Sequence record: SRR20825019_2135
DNA: 42,751 nucleotides
Direction: 5' to 3' (one strand)
Every line of letters starts with the position of its first letter. The stretch's first letter is position 1. Below are positions 37,550 to 42,751 of the stretch, piece after piece. The notes below the pieces were generated by a model. It saw only the letters and a program-made list of their open reading frames with translations. It ran no database searches and was not told the DNA's origin. The position numbers and the translations under genes were made by a program.

Positions 37550-38740
37550 TTAGCGCTTCGCACCCTCTTCAATCCATTTACCGATCAGCGCGCGTTCTTC
37601 ATCGGTCATGCCAGTCTCATTACCAAGCGGCATGATATCGGCCTTCACCGTTTGCTCCATGATCCGCGGTGCATAAAGCTCAATCAACTCTGGCCGGTCG
37701 AGCATGACACCACCGGGGGCTTCCTCGAAGCTTTCATGAGTTGGTGCTGCCGCATGACAGTTGGTGCAATGTTTACCAACAATAGCCTGTACGCGTTTGA
37801 AAGATGCATCACCCGCCGCCACATCGGGACGGTCACGTTTCTCCACGTCAGCGGCAAACATGGCGATCAATATGAAGAGAAGGGCCGCCGCTGCGACAAG
37901 CCCGGGGCTTGATTGTCCCTTGTGGCGCAGGTTGAAGAAATGCCGCACCATCACACCCACAAGGCCAATGCCCGCCACGATAACCCAGTTATAGGGGTTG
38001 GAAAATGTCATCGGATAGTGGTTGGAGATCATCAAAAACAGCACCGGCAGGGTCATGTAATTATTATGCAAACTGCGCTGTTTGCCGATCTGGCCAAGGC
38101 GTGGGTCAGGGGCTTCACCAGCGGTGAGCGCCGCCACAACCTTTTTCTGGTTCGGGATAATCACCATAAATACGTTGGCGGCCATCGCTGTGCCGACAAT
38201 CGCACCAACATGAATGAACGCAGCGCGGTCAGAGAAAATATTCGTGAGCGCATAAGCCGCCGCGACGAGGGAGAAGAACCAGATGATACCCGTGAGTTTA
38301 TTGTTTTGCCCGATGGGGGAACGACAAAGCCCGTCATAAAACACCCAGCCACCAACGAGGAACGCGAGGCTGATACCAATGGCCTCAAATTGCGTGAGAT
38401 CCATCTTGGATTTATCGATCAGAAACAACTCCGCCCCGAGATAATAGATCACAGCCAATAGCGCAAAACCGCTCATCCAGGTGAAATAGGCTTCCCATTT
38501 GAACCAGTGAAGCTTTTCGGGCATCTGCTCAGGCGCAACGGCATATTTCTGCTTGTGGTAAAAACCACCACCATGCACAGACCACAACTCACCTGACATG
38601 CCCTTCTTCTTTTCCTTTGGCTCCTCAAGATGGTTGTCGAGCCAAACGAAATAGAAGCTTGAGCCGATCCATGCGATACCGGTGATGAAATGCAGCCAAC
38701 GGATGGCAAGGCTCAGCCATGCGGTAATATCAATGTCCAT
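37550..38740 (-). CDS. puuD: urate hydroxylase PuuD (membrane domain plus C-terminal cytochrome c)
   Basis: RWLHFITGIAWIGSSFYF, LHWFKWEAY, RSLHNNYMTLPV; CTNCH heme motif, MPLGN. Confidence 0.93.
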   Translation of the reverse strand: MDIDITAWLSLAIRWLHFITGIAWIGSSFYFVWLDNHLEEPKEKKKGMSGELWSVHGGGFYHKQKYAVAPEQMPEKLHWFKWEAYFTWMSGFALLAVIYYLGAELFLIDKSKMDLTQFEAIGISLAFLVGGWVFYDGLCRSPIGQNNKLTGIIWFFSLVAAAYALTNIFSDRAAFIHVGAIVGTAMAANVFMVIIPNQKKVVAALTAGEAPDPRLGQIGKQRSLHNNYMTLPVLFLMISNHYPMTFSNPYNWVIVAGIGLVGVMVRHFFNLRHKGQSSPGLVAAAALLFILIAMFAADVEKRDRPDVAAGDASFKRVQAIVGKHCTNCHAAAPTHESFEEAPGGVMLDRPELIELYAPRIMEQTVKADIMPLGNETGMTDEERALIGKWIEEGAKR

Positions 38741-38758
38741 TTAAAACTCCTGGGGCCG

Positions 38759-40354
38759 TCAGGCCGCACCTTCATACGACAACACCAAGTCATACGCTGG
38801 TGTGGTTAAAAATTCTTCCAGGCTTTCATCCATCACCAATTTGGTGAAAAGGCAAACCGCATCATCAAGCCGCTCGCGCCCCGTGAACTCCTGCGCCTGC
38901 AGGGCAGCAACTTCTTCACCAATCAAGGCCTCAAGCAGCGCGGCGTCGATCAAGCGATCATCATCCAGCTTGGCGCCATGGGTACGCCACTGCCACAGCT
39001 GAGTGCGGGAAATTTCCGCCGTCGCTGCATCTTCCATCAGGTGGTGAATAGGCACACAGCCCATGCCCGAAAGCCAGGTCGAAACATACATCAACCCCAC
39101 GCTGATATTGCTGCGCACACCAGCCTCGGTAATGACCCCTTCGGGCACATCAAGAAGGTCGCGCGGCGTCACGTCCACGTCCGCGCGCGCATTAAAAAGC
39201 TGGTTAGGCCCTGGCATTACCCGGTCAAACACCTCGCGCACTGTCGGGATAAGGCCCGGATGCGCAACCCAGGTGCCATCGTGCCCATTTCGCGCTTCAC
39301 GCTCCTTGTCTGCTTTCACCTTGGCGATGGCGGCTGCATTGGCGGCTGCATCCCCTTTGATGGGTATCTGCGCTGCCATACCGCCCATCGCATGGGCGCC
39401 GCGCCGGTGACAGGTTTTGATCAGAAGCTGGCTATAGCTTTTAAGGAAGTGCTGGTCCATGCCCACGCCTGCGCGGTCAGGCAACACAAAGTCACGGCGA
39501 CAGGCAAAACGCTTGATGAAGTTGAAGATATAATCCCAGCGTCCACAGTTCAGGCCAACAATATGATCCCTGAGTTCATAGAGAATCTCATCCATCTGGA
39601 ACGCAGCCGTTATCGTCTCTATGAGCACTGTCACCCGCACCGTACCACGCGCAAGCGATAGATGATCTTCCGCAAAAGCAATCACATCCTCCCAAAGGCG
39701 GGCTTCAAGGTGATGTTCCATTTTCGGCAGGTAAAAATATGGGCCAACGCCCCGCTTTACCTGCTTTTCAGCGCTGTGAAACAGGAATAAGGCGAAATCG
39801 AAGAACCCGGCTGAAACAGGCTTGCCATCAAGCCGCACATGTTGCTCAAGCATATGCAGGCCGCGCGGCCGCACGAGAAGGGCAGCTGTCTCATCCGACA
39901 GCGCATATTGCTTCCCAGTATCGGGGTTGGTGAAACTGATAGTACCGTGGGCAGCGTCCCGCAGGTTGATCTGCCCCCTGATCATATTTTCCCATGTGGG
40001 GGTCGAGCTGTCCTCAAAGTCGGCCATGAAACAGTTTGCGCCCGAGTTGAGCGCGTTGATCACCATCTTCCGGTCCACTGGCCCGGTGATCTCAATCCGC
40101 CGATCAAGCAGTGCCTCCGGGGCCGGGCGCACATGCCATTCTCTTGCACGCACCTCCGCAGTTTCAGGCAGGAAATCTGGCAACAAGCCCTTGTCGAAGC
40201 CGCGCTGAACTTCCGCGCGTGCTGCCATCAACTCCCGCCGCCGCACCCCAAAACGCGCTTCTATCTCAGCGACAAACTTCAACGCGCCTTCGGTCAAAAT
40301 CTCATTGGCACCCGCCACTTTGGGGCCCGTAATTTTCAGATTATCACTACTCAC
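38759..40354 (-). CDS. aceB: malate synthase A
   Basis: DRRIEITGPVDRKMVINALNSGA, MADFEDS, YFYLPKME, GLNCGRWDYIF, LMEDAATAEISR; about 530 aa (MSA size). Confidence 0.95.
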   Translation of the reverse strand: MSSDNLKITGPKVAGANEILTEGALKFVAEIEARFGVRRRELMAARAEVQRGFDKGLLPDFLPETAEVRAREWHVRPAPEALLDRRIEITGPVDRKMVINALNSGANCFMADFEDSSTPTWENMIRGQINLRDAAHGTISFTNPDTGKQYALSDETAALLVRPRGLHMLEQHVRLDGKPVSAGFFDFALFLFHSAEKQVKRGVGPYFYLPKMEHHLEARLWEDVIAFAEDHLSLARGTVRVTVLIETITAAFQMDEILYELRDHIVGLNCGRWDYIFNFIKRFACRRDFVLPDRAGVGMDQHFLKSYSQLLIKTCHRRGAHAMGGMAAQIPIKGDAAANAAAIAKVKADKEREARNGHDGTWVAHPGLIPTVREVFDRVMPGPNQLFNARADVDVTPRDLLDVPEGVITEAGVRSNISVGLMYVSTWLSGMGCVPIHHLMEDAATAEISRTQLWQWRTHGAKLDDDRLIDAALLEALIGEEVAALQAQEFTGRERLDDAVCLFTKLVMDESLEEFLTTPAYDLVLSYEGAA

Positions 40355-40374
40355 TTCCCTAGCCTCTCGTACCT

Positions 40375-41154
40375 TCAAAGGTGCTGCAACAGCTGCGCGG
40401 CAACTGCGGCCGCGATCACCTCTGGTTCCTTGCCCTCAATGCCCGAAACACCAATGGGGCATGTGAGCCCTTTAAGCTCTTCATCGTTCAGAACCCCATC
40501 TTTCCTCACATGGCTTTCAAAGCGCGCGCGTTTTGTCTCGGAACCGATAAGCCCGACATAGCGTGCATCGCCCCGCTTCAGCGCCGCCGCCGCTATCTCA
40601 TAGTCCAGCTGGTGGCTGTGGGTGAAAATGAGAAACAGTGCCCCACTTTCCGCCGCCTCGACCACATCAACCGGGTTTGAGGTGTGATCTTGCGCCACGA
40701 TATCTCTCACGTCTGTGGGAAATTCATGCGCCCGCTGGTCCACCCAAGCCACCTTGAACGGCAATGGGGAAACAGCGTTTACGACCGCCTTACCCACATG
40801 CCCGGCACCAAACATATACAGCGGATACCGCGTTTCAGCCGCCATCGCTTTCTTGCGCGCAGCCACCCCGTTTCCCCGACTCATTTTTTCAAGCGACAGC
40901 ACAACTGAGCCCCCACAGCATTGCTCCAACAGCGGGCCCAGCGCATATTTCTGCGTCGCTTCGCTCTTGTCCGGCATCGCCAGAAGCTTGCGGGCCTGCT
41001 CAATCGCCTGAAATTCCAGATTACCGCCGCCAATAGTGCCCTCGGTGCGTGCGGCTTCAATCCACATGGTGGTGCCCGCTTCACGTGGAACGGAGCCTTT
41101 GGTCTCTTTGATTGTGACCAGAATTCCCATTATGCCTTGGGGCCCGGCTGTCAT
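40375..41154 (-). CDS. xdhC: xanthine dehydrogenase accessory protein XdhC
   Basis: GSVPREAGT, GTIGGGNLE, LGP.LEQCCGG, FGAGHVG, THSHQLD, GLIGSETK. Confidence 0.95.
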   Translation of the reverse strand: MTAGPQGIMGILVTIKETKGSVPREAGTTMWIEAARTEGTIGGGNLEFQAIEQARKLLAMPDKSEATQKYALGPLLEQCCGGSVVLSLEKMSRGNGVAARKKAMAAETRYPLYMFGAGHVGKAVVNAVSPLPFKVAWVDQRAHEFPTDVRDIVAQDHTSNPVDVVEAAESGALFLIFTHSHQLDYEIAAAALKRGDARYVGLIGSETKRARFESHVRKDGVLNDEELKGLTCPIGVSGIEGKEPEVIAAAVAAQLLQHL

Positions 41155-42751
41155 CAGCTTTGTGCCTGCTTTTGCACCGCCACAACTGCTTTAAGCACTT
41201 CTTCCGGCGTTGCAGGTGCGTTCAGGCATGCCCGCACTTTATAATCCGACGCCGCGGACACAGCGTCTGCGATCGCAAGGAACACAGAATTCGCCAGCAT
41301 GAAGGGCGGCTCGCCCACTGCCTTTGATCGGTGGATCGTGGCCTCAACATTGCGGCCTTTTTTATATAGCTCAATATTCAAATGCTCCGGCCTGTCGCTG
41401 CAGGCAGGAATTTTATAGGTGGACGGCGCGTGTGTGCGCAGCCGGCCGTCCTTATCAAACACCAGCTCTTCGGTGGTGAGCCAACCCATGCCCTGGATGA
41501 AGCCGCCTTCAATCTGCCCCTTGTCGATCGCCGGGTTTAGTGAGCGGCCGGTGTCATGCAGGATGTCCACCCGCTCGACCTTATATTCACCGGTCAAGGT
41601 ATCGATCAGCACCTCGGAAACCGCAGCGCCGTAACAGAAATACAGGAACGGGCGGCCTTTATGTTTGCTGCGATCATAGTGGATTTTGGGGGTTTTATAA
41701 AAACCTGTGGCAGACAGTGAGACCCGCCCGAGGTAAGCCTCCCGCACCAGATCTGCGAAGGGTATTTCCTTGTTCTCGACATAGACATTATTGTTGCGGA
41801 ACGTGACCCTGTCTTTTGGGCAATCGTATTTTTCGGCCGCAAAATCAGTTAGCCGGGCCTTGATCTTGCGGGCAGCGTCCAGCGCCGCCATGCCGTTCAG
41901 GTCTGAGCCGGAGGATGCCGCCGTCGCCGACGTGTTGGGCACTTTGGCCGTGGTGGTTGCGGTGATCTTGATATGGTCCACGTCAATCTGGAACTCTTCC
42001 GCCACCACCTGCGCGACCTTGACAAAAAGGCCCTGCCCCATCTCGGTGCCGCCGTGGTTCAGGTGCACGCTGCCGTCTGCATATACATGCACGAGGGCGC
42101 CTGCCTGATTGAGGTGCGTGGTGGTAAAACTGATGCCAAATTTCACCGGGGTCAGCGCGATGCCTTTTTTAAGATAAGGGCTATTGGCGTTGAAGGCACG
42201 CATCTCAGCCCGCCGCCGGGTATAATCTGTGCTATCAGCCAGCGCATCAAGTAGTGCAGGCGCAATATTATCCTCAACAGTCATGCCAAACGGTGTGACA
42301 TTGCGGTTTTCACCGCCATAGAGGTTCGCTCGCCGCACATCCAAGGGGTCCTTCCCGAGATTGTGCGCGATCTCGTCCATCACACATTCAATACCCAACA
42401 TGCCTTGCGGCCCGCCAAAACCACGGAAGGCGGTGTTTGATACCGTGTGGGTTTTCAAGCGGTGAGATTTAACCTCCACATCGCTCAGATAATAACAATT
42501 GTCAGCATGGAACATGGCACGGTCATTGATCGCGGGGGACAGATCAGTTGAACGCCCGCAACGCGACGCCATTTCAATCGCCATGCCTGTGATGCGGCCC
42601 TCACCATCGAAACCCACGTCATAATCATAGCGGAAATCATGCCGCTTGCCGGTCATGATCATATCGTCATCCCGGTCGAGCCTGAGTTTCGCAGGGCGCC
42701 CTGTTTTTACCGCAACAAGCGCCGCCATTGCCGCGAATATGGCGGGATGGG
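41154..42751 (-). CDS. xdhB: xanthine dehydrogenase molybdopterin-binding subunit, 3' part; 5' end lies beyond the window
   Basis: TGKRH, SNTAFRGFGGPQG, HGGTEMGQG, TAASSGSDLNG, GQIEGGFIQG, SKAVGEPP. Confidence 0.96.
   Translation of the reverse strand, partial: HPAIFAAMAALVAVKTGRPAKLRLDRDDDMIMTGKRHDFRYDYDVGFDGEGRITGMAIEMASRCGRSTDLSPAINDRAMFHADNCYYLSDVEVKSHRLKTHTVSNTAFRGFGGPQGMLGIECVMDEIAHNLGKDPLDVRRANLYGGENRNVTPFGMTVEDNIAPALLDALADSTDYTRRRAEMRAFNANSPYLKKGIALTPVKFGISFTTTHLNQAGALVHVYADGSVHLNHGGTEMGQGLFVKVAQVVAEEFQIDVDHIKITATTTAKVPNTSATAASSGSDLNGMAALDAARKIKARLTDFAAEKYDCPKDRVTFRNNNVYVENKEIPFADLVREAYLGRVSLSATGFYKTPKIHYDRSKHKGRPFLYFCYGAAVSEVLIDTLTGEYKVERVDILHDTGRSLNPAIDKGQIEGGFIQGMGWLTTEELVFDKDGRLRTHAPSTYKIPACSDRPEHLNIELYKKGRNVEATIHRSKAVGEPPFMLANSVFLAIADAVSAASDYKVRACLNAPATPEEVLKAVVAVQKQAQS

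Noticed and set aside
1-42751. tRNA, rRNA, IS, prophage or defence genes
   Set aside because: No such signatures recognised; intergenic gaps are short

Overview
Alphaproteobacterial core-chromosome window. No rRNA, tRNA, CRISPR or mobile element was recognised. Left half, minus strand: tsaB-rimI-(tusA opposite)-mucR/ros-fur-acyltransferase-miaB-phoH-ybeY-corC-lnt-trmB, then rimP-nusA-ylxR-infB-rbfA-truB-rpsO-pnp. Middle: polysaccharide deacetylase, Nfu/NifU plus a stand-alone Nfu-N domain with a TetR, PBP1A, DUF1801, group III truncated haemoglobin, SCO-ycgN-hypothetical-ygjP, a secreted ankyrin protein, a divergent CbiB-like protein and regB-regA. Right end: a purine catabolic operon (xdhB-xdhC-malate synthase A-puuD-allA). 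The most interesting element is a three-gene block (30370-34662) between regA and mmcB. It encodes an intact LapG-type periplasmic cysteine protease, a membrane sensor with a catalytically dead HD-GYP domain, and a soluble degenerate (GGDEF-like)-EAL protein. It is a candidate variant of Lap/Dvh c-di-GMP inside-out adhesin control. Readable cis-elements include a LexA box (mmcB), a CtrA box (hpt), a TetR operator, two near-identical RegA-like boxes, the rimP leader hairpin, an SD-occluding hairpin at the globin, and short tandem duplications. All assignments come from motif recognition by eye; no database searches were run.
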